A stretch of 64,000 bases of DNA from an uncultured Gemmatimonadales bacterium (GTDB lineage Bacteria; Gemmatimonadota; Gemmatimonadetes; Gemmatimonadales; GWC2-71-9). Position numbers and translations under genes: made by a program. A model generated the notes under the pieces. It was not told where the DNA came from, searched no databases, and saw only the letters and a list, made by a program, of their open reading frames with translations. The DNA is taken from positions 832,001 through 896,000 of the forward strand of contig CAWCFX010000001.1 of assembly GCA_963795085.1 (NCBI GenBank), written 5' to 3'. Of the stretch, positions 39,301 through 47,721 are shown in pieces. Each line of letters begins with the position of its first letter. Position 1 is the first letter of the stretch.

Positions 39301-41304
39301 GGCCAGCTGACCCGGATCTACGATGCCAGTCCGGTGGACTCGATCGGCGGGGTCAACCGGGAGATGCGCTGGGGTTATGACAACCGGGGCTTCCTCACGG
39401 CTGACACCAGCTATACCAGCACGACCGCTCGATCAACTACCTACGCCTATGACAGGTATGGCCGCGACACCTCGATGACCGATCCGTCCGGGATATGGCG
39501 GACATCCTATTCCCAAAAGTTCGGCGGCCTCCCGATCATGCAGGTGACGCCATTCGGCGATAGTGTCATATACCTTTATGACGAACAGCGGCGCCCCCAA
39601 AGCGTCACCGTTCGCAGCTCGGGGCCTGCCCAGGTGAACCGGTACGCCTTCAACGACCGGGGCCGGCTGGACAGTGTGGCGCATTCGGTCGCCACATCGC
39701 CCAATGCCTTTACACCCCTGACCTACTTCGCCGGGACGGCGGGCGATCCCTCGCTTCCCGGCGTGGCGCCGAGCTACGCAGAGCAGCATGGCGCGGCGGC
39801 GAGCGTGGAGACCTTGACGGACTCCGTTGGCTATGATGGATGGGGGCGGGTCTTGAGCTGGGTCGGGAAGCGGGGTGGGACTGTCGTCGGGCGAGATACC
39901 TTTGCCTTTGACCGGATGGGCAATATCAAGACCACGGCCGGTGCGGAGACCTACAACGCCTTGGGCCGTCTGACGTCGCGTACCGCTGGCGGGTGGACGT
40001 ACACCTACTATTATGATGCTGCGGGCAATCCGGATAGCGTCAACCAGGTCAGCGGAGGCACGACGCATCGCTGGCGCTATGGGTGGGACGTCCTGAACCG
40101 GCTGGAGAGTGTCCGGCGGAACGGGACCCTGATCGCCCGGTACAGCTACGACGTCCTGGGCCGGCGGATCGCCAAGCGGGTGTACAGCAGTGCGACCGGC
40201 GGTGCGGCGGACTACACCCGGTTCGTCTATCATGGCAGCCATGTCGCCTTCGAGGCCGATTCGGGGAGCGGGTCGGGGATCAAGATCACCCGGCGCTACG
40301 TCTGGGGCATGGGAACCGACGACCTGGTTGCGGTGCGGGACTCGACCTCGGGCACGGCGGTGCACTACTACGCGGTCAAGGACAAGCTGGGCAGCGTCCG
40401 CGGCCTGGTAAAGCGAGACGGGACCTGGCAGTACTCGGAGCGGTTCGGGCCCTACGGGGCGTCGGTGGAGCTCTCGGGGACGGACCCGGGGCACCGCTAC
40501 CGGTGGACCGGGCGGGAGTATGACGCGGAGACGGGGTTCTACTACTTCCGGGCGCGGTACTACGAGCCCGCGGCGCGGCGGTTTATCAGCGAGGATCCGA
40601 TCGGGTATGCGGGGGGCGGGAATCTGTATGCGTATGTCCGCGGCGCGGTCTTGGAAGCGCGCGATCCGTCGGGATTGATGATGCAATACGACCAAGCTGC
40701 CTGGTCGCAGTACTATGGATGGATGATGGGTCTCTTGGGGCGGGATAAAGGAGATGGGTGGTGGGACCAAGTTCAGGCAGACATCAGCATGATGGATAAA
40801 CTGGCCGCCGGTGAGGTCGAGTGGATTGCAACAATCCAGAACGCGGATGGCTCAACATCTGAGGTGAATTGCCGCAGTATGCAAGGCGCCTGCGATGACT
40901 GGCTGGACAACCAGACCCAACCACTTTCAGAGGAGGAGCGCAAAGGAATGGGAAATATGTGTACCTCGCGCCCCGATTCCTGCGACAAGATTCGTGTGTA
41001 CCGCCACACTGGGAACGTTTCCATAACACTCGGCCATCTCATTGCACTCCGGCCGGATCATCATAACGATCGCTTCACCCTGGTGCACGAAACGTATCAT
41101 GTCTTTCAGTTTGAGGACTGGGGCGGCTTCAAGTACTATGCGCGCGGGCTGTGGACGCAGTTCAAGAATCTCTTTGCTGATCAGTATCACTGGACACCCG
41201 GAAAGGCATTTAGCCGGTACGGTATGGAACAGCAAGCAGAGATCGTTGCCTTCTGCGTTGTCCGCCGAGATTCGGAGGCCTGCGCAATTTCCCCCTTCTT
41301 CTAG
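36367..41304 (+). CDS. Rhs/YD-repeat protein 2 with signal peptide and HExxH C-terminal tip
   Basis: MFLFRRWTALIALPLLFLA leader; YD repeats; WTGREYDAETGFYYFRARYY..EDPIG..DPSGL; tip LVHETYHVFQ..MEQQAE. Confidence 0.93.
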   Translation: MFLFRRWTALIALPLLFLARDHRLSFPPGAASVAVTPDNKPRSATAHSTGWSEVFTVKNTGTVSGSWDLSCTSTGQVTCGTVIPDAVDLDPSQTTNVTVNYSTGNLDATAKVKLVATGPAVDTGSIALNVGTSVVRIVSPGVDTVTSRIVISNRQPVVRALFLRTAGAAADTTATVLKWRDVDITNLARHNRGLLEWEVDSTRWLGVGDSAKITIIYKAGGITTTENRWAVLLNDDKPVIGFQGMPLATLNGGFSSGFGPGFSVQGAEVETGIGAIPYVSMGVSRSAGLVYSTRTSYPRALVNVDLETPWPAGTPTQIKLYLWDAGVKVDSLVLASTSCVTGAVKRCRATLQGDFSGSTFSTPTRKRLAVEALVTSGGTTKSAMDTVEVMLVDRRATQYGSGWWPSGISKLVAAGQDRILVGPSGSATIFRGNGDSLYLAPPGSFTTLVKTGTGWEIRPRGSTARVYFDTNGRLVATADNNGNRDSVFYASTTDTVTSLKDPIGKTITFTYTSGRLSKITTLTGGAARDVFVNIDGTSNQLTYARLPYTVSSNTALRDTVRFTYQSYPGTKTQLITHRIGLIGDTTRLVYDSTFKRRPVQVFLPRVQDETGSNVTPDLEYFAYERQGWGTLRSLDSVYVEVKDPRDHWTRSLLNRWAQARTTWDALGTLGRTEYDADGFVLWSEGAVADSGRVYTRYDTLKRVVRTYTILTGGTIVNGDSLIYDSNHRVIKRINPWAERDTMGYTANGNLTYHMDADNKITTTLYNSTGTVDKIILSGDTSFIQHTYDNPFGNRSRVERISGDSTLLLSAFYYDQYGRDSVSESKIVSQVSSGTTNWQWRRSLVFLSPLNQVDSTILLRTDNCADPCLTPPSWPSLPDTTKAQHVRYRRDRGGRDSLRLNDRNQATRYVHDRLGRLLARYPDSTSVRDSMVYDVAGNLKKTITRRGHTIENTYDSRNRTTLTTLPGIGDRTRVYGGPAGQLTRIYDASPVDSIGGVNREMRWGYDNRGFLTADTSYTSTTARSTTYAYDRYGRDTSMTDPSGIWRTSYSQKFGGLPIMQVTPFGDSVIYLYDEQRRPQSVTVRSSGPAQVNRYAFNDRGRLDSVAHSVATSPNAFTPLTYFAGTAGDPSLPGVAPSYAEQHGAAASVETLTDSVGYDGWGRVLSWVGKRGGTVVGRDTFAFDRMGNIKTTAGAETYNALGRLTSRTAGGWTYTYYYDAAGNPDSVNQVSGGTTHRWRYGWDVLNRLESVRRNGTLIARYSYDVLGRRIAKRVYSSATGGAADYTRFVYHGSHVAFEADSGSGSGIKITRRYVWGMGTDDLVAVRDSTSGTAVHYYAVKDKLGSVRGLVKRDGTWQYSERFGPYGASVELSGTDPGHRYRWTGREYDAETGFYYFRARYYEPAARRFISEDPIGYAGGGNLYAYVRGAVLEARDPSGLMMQYDQAAWSQYYGWMMGLLGRDKGDGWWDQVQADISMMDKLAAGEVEWIATIQNADGSTSEVNCRSMQGACDDWLDNQTQPLSEEERKGMGNMCTSRPDSCDKIRVYRHTGNVSITLGHLIALRPDHHNDRFTLVHETYHVFQFEDWGGFKYYARGLWTQFKNLFADQYHWTPGKAFSRYGMEQQAEIVAFCVVRRDSEACAISPFF

Positions 41305-41312
41305 GAGGGAAT

Positions 41313-41717
41313 ATGGTGAGAGTAGAATGGTTGAATCTCAGACTTCTTGTGATGGTTCTGCTGATCGGCTGCCCTAAACCACTCGCGGTGTGGGTGCCAC
41401 CGGATTCGACGAGGTCGCATCTCGTGTTTCGAATCGGCAACCATGTCGGTAGCAACAAGGTGCGACAATTCACTACATTCCTTGTGCGTGAGTGCACGAC
41501 CGAGGACACCCCCGACAATGCCCTATGGCTCCTCTACCTGGACGACTTTGAGCGCCGATCTTATCCAACATCAATTGTGTACGGACTCGTTCCCCCTGGA
41601 TACCGTGAAAGGGCACCAGCCCGGACACTGGGCACGGGCTGCCATATAGCATCTGCTGATGGGGCTTCGGCCAAGTTCACTATTGGCCGTGATGGCCAGG
41701 TTTCGGGGGCGCCGTAG
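41313..41717 (+). CDS. Lipoprotein, putative immunity protein for Rhs2
   Basis: RBS GGAGG, lipobox LIGC, 8 bp after toxin stop. Confidence 0.72.
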   Translation: MVRVEWLNLRLLVMVLLIGCPKPLAVWVPPDSTRSHLVFRIGNHVGSNKVRQFTTFLVRECTTEDTPDNALWLLYLDDFERRSYPTSIVYGLVPPGYRERAPARTLGTGCHIASADGASAKFTIGRDGQVSGAP

Positions 41718-41795
41718 AGCGGGCGGTCAGATCTGCCGAAGCCTGTGTTGAAAAGTCTGGAGAGGCATCCTCTCGCCGGACGTCCTCCGGAAAGG

Positions 41796-41999
41796 TGGTC
41801 TGGCCCCGATTTCGTGGACACGCGGGGTTAGTCGGCGCGGCCGGCCAGCCGCCTCGAAAGCCACGGGCTAAGAAAGCCCAGGGCGGAATGCTGCCGCTCG
41901 TGATTGTACCACCTCAGCTAGTCCGGGAACGCGGAATCGGCCGCTGTCCGAGTGCGCCAGCGCCTCTGATCCACCAGTTCCCGCTTGAGCGTGGCGAAG
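41796..41999 (-). mobile_element. IS3-family right-end remnant, copy A
   Basis: TG..CCCCGATTTCGTGGACAC end; minus-strand [21 protein letters not shown] with internal stop. Confidence 0.8.
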
Positions 42000-42115
42000 C
42001 TTGTCCCAAAGTCGCCACGGCGGCCCATGCTTGCGGTGACCCGTGGGCGCCAGCGCCGCCAGCCTGATCCAAAGAGAGACTCGAATCGCCACATCCACAC
42101 TCATCAGCGGAATCT

Positions 42116-42971
42116 GGAGTATGACGCGGAGACGGGGTTCTATTACTTCCGGGCGCGGTACTACGAGCCCGCGGCGCGGCGGTTTATCAGCGAGGATCCG
42201 ATCGGGTATGCGGGGGCCGCGAATCTCTATGCTTACGTGGACGGCGATGTAATGGAGGCGCGGGATCCGAGTGGGTTGTTGAAGGATGTCGCGCATTTTG
42301 GGGCGGCTGGACCGGATAATTGGTGGGATCCGAATGCCTGGTTGAACTTCGTGTCAAACGGAGGACATGGTCTACGCGAACTGACATCGTGGCTGAACAG
42401 CGGATTTGCCGCTGCCGCCGATCTCGGTGAATCGTCTACTCATTCTACTGTTGTTACAATTACGAGGGGAGACGGCACCTCGACTGTAATAACCCTCCCG
42501 GGCTCCGTGACGGGTTGCCCCGGTGGGCGTTGTCCTGGCGGGTTAAGCCTTGATCAATACGCTGCCGTGTTGGGCAGCTTCAAGCACATGACGGCCCGGG
42601 CCGCGACTATGGTGGGGAGTCTCCTTAACGAGGGGCAGATTCGGAGCGGGTATTCCTCCGCCTATGTGAACGGGAATAAGGGCGCGGATGGATGGGTCAG
42701 CAATGCCAAGCCAGGGACGGTGTATGTAAATCGAAACCAGGTTACAAGCACATATGTCGGCGATGTCTTCTCTAAAACACCACAGGAGCTGGCACAAATA
42801 CTAATGCACGAAAGCTACCACGTGAATCAATTTAGGAGGCATGGGATCACGTCTTCAAGCAGCCTGAGCGATGCTGTCGGCGCCCGGGGCGCTTACGGGG
42901 CATACTGGGAAGACGACGCTGACGTATTCGCATGTGCTAATCTCGTCGGTGGGTTTGATTGGCAATGCTAA
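42116..42971 (+). pseudogene. Orphan Rhs C-terminal module with HExxH tip
   Basis: Begins abruptly at EYDAETGFYYFRARYY; DPSGL; LMHESYHVNQ..WEDDAD; no credible start. Confidence 0.85.
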
Positions 42972-43447
42972 TACGGCCTCGTAGGCACTTATCACAGTGT
43001 GTTGCCGTCTGGATGGTCGTCCTCGTTGCAGCCTCCTGCTTCCGTAACGCAGATGTGAAGGAAGTTAAAGATCCTGCCGAAGTTGTCTGCGACTCGATTG
43101 GTGTCGAATGGGCTGAACAGCATACCCCCGGGTTATCACCGCGCAGGTCGGTGCCGCGGGAGGTATGGAGAACGGAATTGCGAATGATAGGTCTTCGGCA
43201 CTGGATAGATATTTATCGCTCCCGGCATCAGTGTCGTTTGCCTGATCATATCGCTGAACTGGGGCCGGAGGATCCCGCCGAGCCCACCCTTGCCCCCTTC
43301 GAGCGCTTCTACCTGGATGGATGGGGAAGGCAGTTTCTCTACAAGCGGGTGGGGACTGGAATGGAGCTCAGGTCTGCCGGGGCGGACGGCCAGATGGAGA
43401 CGCCCGATGACATGATATTCTCCTGGGCGCCACAAGACGGGCGGTGA
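42959..43447 (+). CDS. Lipoprotein, putative immunity protein with GspG-like C-terminal domain
   Basis: Lipobox AASC; DGWGRQFLY..ELRSAGADGQMETPDDM; overlaps orphan stop. Confidence 0.7.
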   Translation: MAMLIRPRRHLSQCVAVWMVVLVAASCFRNADVKEVKDPAEVVCDSIGVEWAEQHTPGLSPRRSVPREVWRTELRMIGLRHWIDIYRSRHQCRLPDHIAELGPEDPAEPTLAPFERFYLDGWGRQFLYKRVGTGMELRSAGADGQMETPDDMIFSWAPQDGR

Positions 43448-43462
43448 TGCAGCGTGCGATAG

Positions 43463-43700
43463 TGGTCTTGCCCCGATTTCGTGGACACCTGGGGTTAGGC
43501 GGCGCGACCGGCGAGCCGCGCCTCGAAGGTCACCGGGCTGAGGTAGCCCAAGGCGGAATGCTGCTCGTGGTTGTACCACCTCAGCTAGTCCGGGAACGCT
43601 AACTCGGTCGCTGTCCGAGTGCGCCAGCGCCTCTGGCCCACCAGTTCCCGCTTGAGCGTGGCGAAGAAGCTTTCCACCACCGCGTTGTCCCAGCAGTCGT
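43463..43700 (-). mobile_element. IS3-family right-end remnant, copy B
   Basis: Same end motif as copy A; minus-strand [28 protein letters not shown]. Confidence 0.85.
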
Positions 43701-43830
43701 ACCTCCAGCCCGTGCTGACGTGGCCCCTCCTATTCCAAGTATATCGCGCTCGGAGGATGTGTCGAATCCTGAGCCGTTATGGTCGAGGTGCCTTTTACGG
43801 CGTACGTCTAACCTGAGTTGCTGACACCAT

Positions 43831-44322
43831 ATGTCAACGTCGCACGGCAACAACACCAGAGCACAGCTGACCATGCTGATTCTTCTGAAAGTGGCAGGGC
43901 AAAGCGGCTTTTCTGGTCGTGTGGACATTGTGGCAGATGGCAAGCACCACAGTGGGACCGTGCACGACGCGATAGGCTTCCTGACGGCCTTGCCAAAGCC
44001 GATTAAGTGTCGGAGCGAAGCACATGCCGGTACCTTGCTGCTGTATGTGGAAGCTCCAGGCATCGTCGCATCACCGAGCAGTGTTATAGCGCAGTTGCTT
44101 GCAACGTATTGTAACGGGGTTGCTGGCGGCGATATCATGATTGAGTCAGGAACTGATTCGATGCGGATGTCCATCGCCGATCTCATCAAGTGGACCGAAG
44201 AGTACGTGCTCTCTCGTTACTCGTTTGCAACGACACGACCAACGCTCCCACAAGCGGCATCTGGCATTGTGGCAAATCTTGTAATTGGTCGGCCAGAATG
44301 GGTACCGTCTACCCACCCTTAG
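43831..44322 (+). CDS. Hypothetical protein (lower GC), possibly orphan immunity
   Basis: Open frame in low-GC segment; no recognised motif. Confidence 0.4.
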   Translation: MSTSHGNNTRAQLTMLILLKVAGQSGFSGRVDIVADGKHHSGTVHDAIGFLTALPKPIKCRSEAHAGTLLLYVEAPGIVASPSSVIAQLLATYCNGVAGGDIMIESGTDSMRMSIADLIKWTEEYVLSRYSFATTRPTLPQAASGIVANLVIGRPEWVPSTHP

Positions 44323-44710
44323 ATGAGGATCAACAGGTGAACACAGCCTGAGGGAGAAGCATCCTGGCAAAATGCATGGGATGCAGCCGATATGGAGCAA
44401 CTTGAAGCTCAGGGCCAGACCACGTCGTGAGTGACCCGCCACGCCCCACCCGGGGCAAGTGTCCCCCCGCGCCTTTGGTTTCGGAAAGTTTTCGCTGTCA
44501 CCTGTTCTCTGGCGAGGACAGGTCCCGCGGCCCCGCGGGTCGGAGAACGACCGGCCACCGGAGAAATTGGCCTTGAACGCAGGGGAGGCTCGGGTGAGCT
44601 GACAGGAAGGCGCCGTTGACCGGAGAGAAGGCTGCCAGGGGCTCCGGGAACCCGGCGTTGATGGCCGGGACGGCGGTATGGAGCTGCCGGTGAACCCGCC
44701 TTCGGGGGGC

Positions 44711-44962
44711 GGAAGGCGATCTGTATGCGGCGGGAGGCAACCTTTAACCAGGGGAAGGCAACCTTCAGCTCACGGGAAGGCGACCTTCAGATGTGGGGAA
44801 GGCAATCTGTATCGGCGGGACGGCAACCTTTACCCGGGGGGAAGGCCAGCTATACCTGGCGGGAAGGCAACCTGTACCTGGCGGGAAGGCAACCTCCAGC
44901 TGACGGGAAGGCGACCTTGAGCCGAGGGGAAGGCGGGCTGGGGCCCCGGGAAGGCATTCTAC
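44711..44962. repeat. 12 direct repeats of GGGAAGGCRACCT at a 21-22 bp period
   Basis: GGC cores at 44715, 44736, 44757, 44779, 44801, 44822, 44844, 44866, 44888, 44910, 44932, 44953. Confidence 0.9.
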
Positions 44963-45153
44963 CAGTCCCGGTCACCCATCCTCGCAGCAGGGGGAAGCTT
45001 TACGCGAGACTCGGCGCAGGCAAGCTCCAACGTATCGAATGACCAGCCGGATCCGGCCGGCCGCACCCGGGGACCAGCGGGCCGGATGCCTCCCTTCCGC
45101 ATTCCGGTAGCGGCTGCATACTGGAGCGATACCCTTTCCCCAGGCTTCCGGCC

Positions 45154-45780
45154 ATGGCGTTCATCCCGTCACCCCGGGTCGTGGCGGTGGAGTGGCTTGG
45201 CGGGGCCAGCGGTGCGGAGCAGAAGATACGGCTGGCGGAGTTCCGGGAACCTGGCACGCAGTGCCGGCTACCGTGCGGGAGGACGCGGGAGCAGTTGTTG
45301 GCCCACCGGCTCGACCTGGCGGAACGGGACCCATGCTTCTCGGTGGGGCTCGACTTTGCCTTCTCGTTCCCCCAGTGGTACATGGCGACCCGGGGGTTCG
45401 ACGGTCCCTACCCCCTCTGGTGCGAGACCGTGAAACAGGGCAAGAGCTGGCTGCGGGAATGCCGGTGCCCTGGCGGGGAATGGAGTGGGCCCGTTCGGAA
45501 GGTCATCGGGGCCTTCCGGCGCACCAAGATCGAAATCGCCTCACAGCACCGGATGCGGGTGCGGTCAGCCTTCCAGCTCGCCGGGGCCGGCGCCGCCGGT
45601 ACCACCGCACTCCTGGGCATGCCCCATCTCAAGCGGCTCCGGGACGCCGGGTGCAGATCTGGGCGTTCGAACGAGCCGGGAGGGCCCCTGGTGGTGGAGG
45701 TCTATCGGCGACTCCTGATCGGTGCCGTTGGAAGTGCGGAAAACGCAGTTGATAATGCTGGGTCTGCGGCAGTGGACAGA
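45154..45780 (+). pseudogene. Degraded DUF429-like (RNase H-fold) gene
   Basis: VGLDFAFSFP, SAFQLAGAG, PLVVEVY recognisable, N-terminal motif degenerate, reads into repeats. Confidence 0.45.
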
Positions 45781-45791
45781 TATTCATCCCA

Positions 45792-46078
45792 CCGATTGCC
45801 GATTGCCGATTGCCGATTGCTGACTGCCGACTGCAGAAATCCGCGCCGCAGCGCGCGGCACCTTCCCTTCGGGAAGGATGTACATGTCGTGGTGCGACCG
45901 TCACCGGGGGCTGACGCCCCGACCGGGGGCTGCGCTCCGACCGGGGGCTGCGCTCCGACCGGGGGCTACGCTCCGACCGGGGGCTACGCCCCGACCGGGG
46001 GCTACGCCCCCGGCTCAGGAATAACGGCTCCTTCGGAGCCTGCTTCACGAGGATTGCTGATTGCTGATTGCCGATTGC
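45792..46078. repeat. Heptamer repeats (CCGATTG)n flanking five 18-bp tandem units CTCCGACCGGGGGCTRCG
   Basis: Directly visible at 45792-45833, 45915-46008, 46051-46078. Confidence 0.85.
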
Positions 46079-46185
46079 ACCGAATCCCCGGCAGACCCGT
46101 GCTGGTTGCGCCCGAATCGGGACAATCTTCCTGCTTCCCGAACCCGTCTGGAGGTCTTAAATTGTAGCCAACCCAGGAGGCACCC

Positions 46186-46401
46186 ATGACCCCCTCCCTT
46201 CCCGATGATATCGCGGCTCGCGTCCGGCGACTAGCGACCGCCCAGCAGCAACAGGCACTCGCCTACGTGCGAGCCCTGGAGCAGTCCGCCGATGCTCCGG
46301 GACTCCTCCAGTTCGCTGGCACGATCCCGACGGCCGACCTGCGGGTGATGGCGGAGGCCATCGAAGCGGACTGCGAACGGATCGATGCCGCCGGCTGGTA
46401 A
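46186..46401 (+). CDS. Putative antitoxin (VapB-like)
   Basis: RBS AGGAGG, 71 aa, overlaps PIN gene, acidic C-terminus. Confidence 0.75.
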   Translation: MTPSLPDDIAARVRRLATAQQQQALAYVRALEQSADAPGLLQFAGTIPTADLRVMAEAIEADCERIDAAGW

Positions 46402-46783
46402 GGTTCTCCTCGACACCAATATTCTCATCGCTCTCCTCGCGGGTGAAACATCCGTGCTGGCCGCCATCCGCTTGGCGCCTGGTGTCTTTGTGTCAGTGAT
46501 CGCGCTGGGCGAGCTCTATTACGGGGCGCAGAAGTCCGGGCGATCAAAGGAGAACACAGAGCGAGTGGAGGCATTGGCCGCTTCGGCCGCCGTGCTGCCA
46601 TGTGGGAGCGAAACCGCGCATCACTATGGACGACTGAAAGCCGAGCTTCGGACCCGCGGCACCCCGATTCCGGAGAACGATATCTGGATAGCGGCGGTGG
46701 CCTTGGAGCACAATCTCATCCTCGTCACACGGGACACTCATTTCCAGGCGTTACCCTCGCTGACCCTCACCGACTGGATGTAA
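46385..46783 (+). CDS. vapC: PIN-domain toxin
   Basis: LLDTN, GELYYGA, IPENDIWIAA, LVTRD.HF. Confidence 0.92.
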   Translation: MPPAGKVLLDTNILIALLAGETSVLAAIRLAPGVFVSVIALGELYYGAQKSGRSKENTERVEALAASAAVLPCGSETAHHYGRLKAELRTRGTPIPENDIWIAAVALEHNLILVTRDTHFQALPSLTLTDWM

Positions 46784-46944
46784 ATCGAGTCCCGCGGGTA
46801 AGGAATGACGGCTCCTTCGGAGCCTGTCCCCAGGAGACTTGCCGATTCCGATCGTGGATTGTCGGATGCCGTGCCGAGTGCCGAGGGATGACGAGGAGAG
46901 TGGCGCTCATCCGCGCATGGTACCAGCCGCAATCCCAGCCGCCG

Positions 46945-47382
46945 CTACCCCTCCAGGTCGGCCAGGTCGGCGAGATCCCGGGGCCGGCCCACCGCGCGCT
47001 TGTTCCGGATCAGCATCTCCCGCCCGAGGACGGGGACCTCCAGCGGTCCAATCCCAACCGTGATCCGGCCGGGCCAGGCCTCGGCGAAATCGACGCCGGA
47101 AATCGTGGTCAGGATATCAATCCGGGCCGGCGGAAGGCCGATCTGGAAGACCAGGTCCACGGCCGTGAGATCCGCTTCCCGGAGATCGTGGAGCGGGGCG
47201 CCGAACTCCCGAAGGGCGGTATAGACGCGAGCCGCGTTCTCCGGAGTGGCGTGAACCCAGATGTCGAGGTCCCCGGTAGCGCGCGGACGTCCATGGGCCG
47301 CCAGGGCATGGGCCCCGACGACGAGATATTCAGCCTTCGCGCCGGCTAAGGCGGACAACATCTCGACGAAGTCGGGGTTCAT
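46945..47382 (-). CDS. Nucleotidyltransferase (DUF6036-like)
   Basis: LVVGAHA..HGRPRATGDLD; NKRAVGRPRDLAD. Confidence 0.8.
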   Translation of the reverse strand: MNPDFVEMLSALAGAKAEYLVVGAHALAAHGRPRATGDLDIWVHATPENAARVYTALREFGAPLHDLREADLTAVDLVFQIGLPPARIDILTTISGVDFAEAWPGRITVGIGPLEVPVLGREMLIRNKRAVGRPRDLADLADLEG

Positions 47383-47530
47383 GGTCGAGTCCCTCGAAGA
47401 AGGCCCAGGCCTGAAGCGTCATCGGCCACACCAGCGCTACCCGGGCCGACGGTGAGAGTGACTCCAGGTCCCGCGCATCGTCCGCGTCGCCGAGACGCAG
47501 TTTGCGCGTGGGGTAGTGGCTCCGGTCCAT
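47330..47530 (-). CDS. Small partner protein of nucleotidyltransferase
   Basis: 66 aa, LSPSARVALVW..PRLRRDVVR; overlaps NTase start. Confidence 0.6.
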   Translation of the reverse strand: MDRSHYPTRKLRLGDADDARDLESLSPSARVALVWPMTLQAWAFFEGLDHEPRLRRDVVRLSRREG

Positions 47531-47548
47531 GCGGGAATCTAACCAGGG

Positions 47549-47643
47549 GAGTGCAGAGTGCAGAGTGCAGAGTGCAGAGTACAGGGTACTGAGTGCTGAG
47601 TACTGAGTACTGAGTGCTGAGTACTGAGTACTGAGTACTGAGT
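47549..47643. repeat. Heptamer tandem repeats (GAGTGCA)n then (GAGTACT)n
   Basis: Directly visible. Confidence 0.93.
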
Positions 47644-47721
47644 CGATCGAGGCACCGGTTAGCCACCGACAGGCCCTCCCATCCATGCTATATTCACCTC
47701 ACCTTTTCCTCCCGGCTACTC

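Noticed and set aside
20238..41304. T6SS- or Tc-type Rhs
   Set aside because: No PAAR/VgrG/EagR or TcA/TcB genes seen, and N-termini resemble Sec signals; a distant T6SS elsewhere cannot be excluded
41985..42115. N-terminal extension of the orphan Rhs ORF
   Set aside because: Derived from IS remnant and adjacent sequence; Rhs homology begins at 42116
40515..42216. Diversity-generating retroelement TR/VR pair
   Set aside because: No reverse transcriptase, and the one mismatch is C/T rather than adenine-specific; explained by an orphan Rhs module
44711..44962. Mini-CRISPR or coding heptad repeat
   Set aside because: Units and spacers are far too short for CRISPR; the 21/22-bp mix disrupts reading frames
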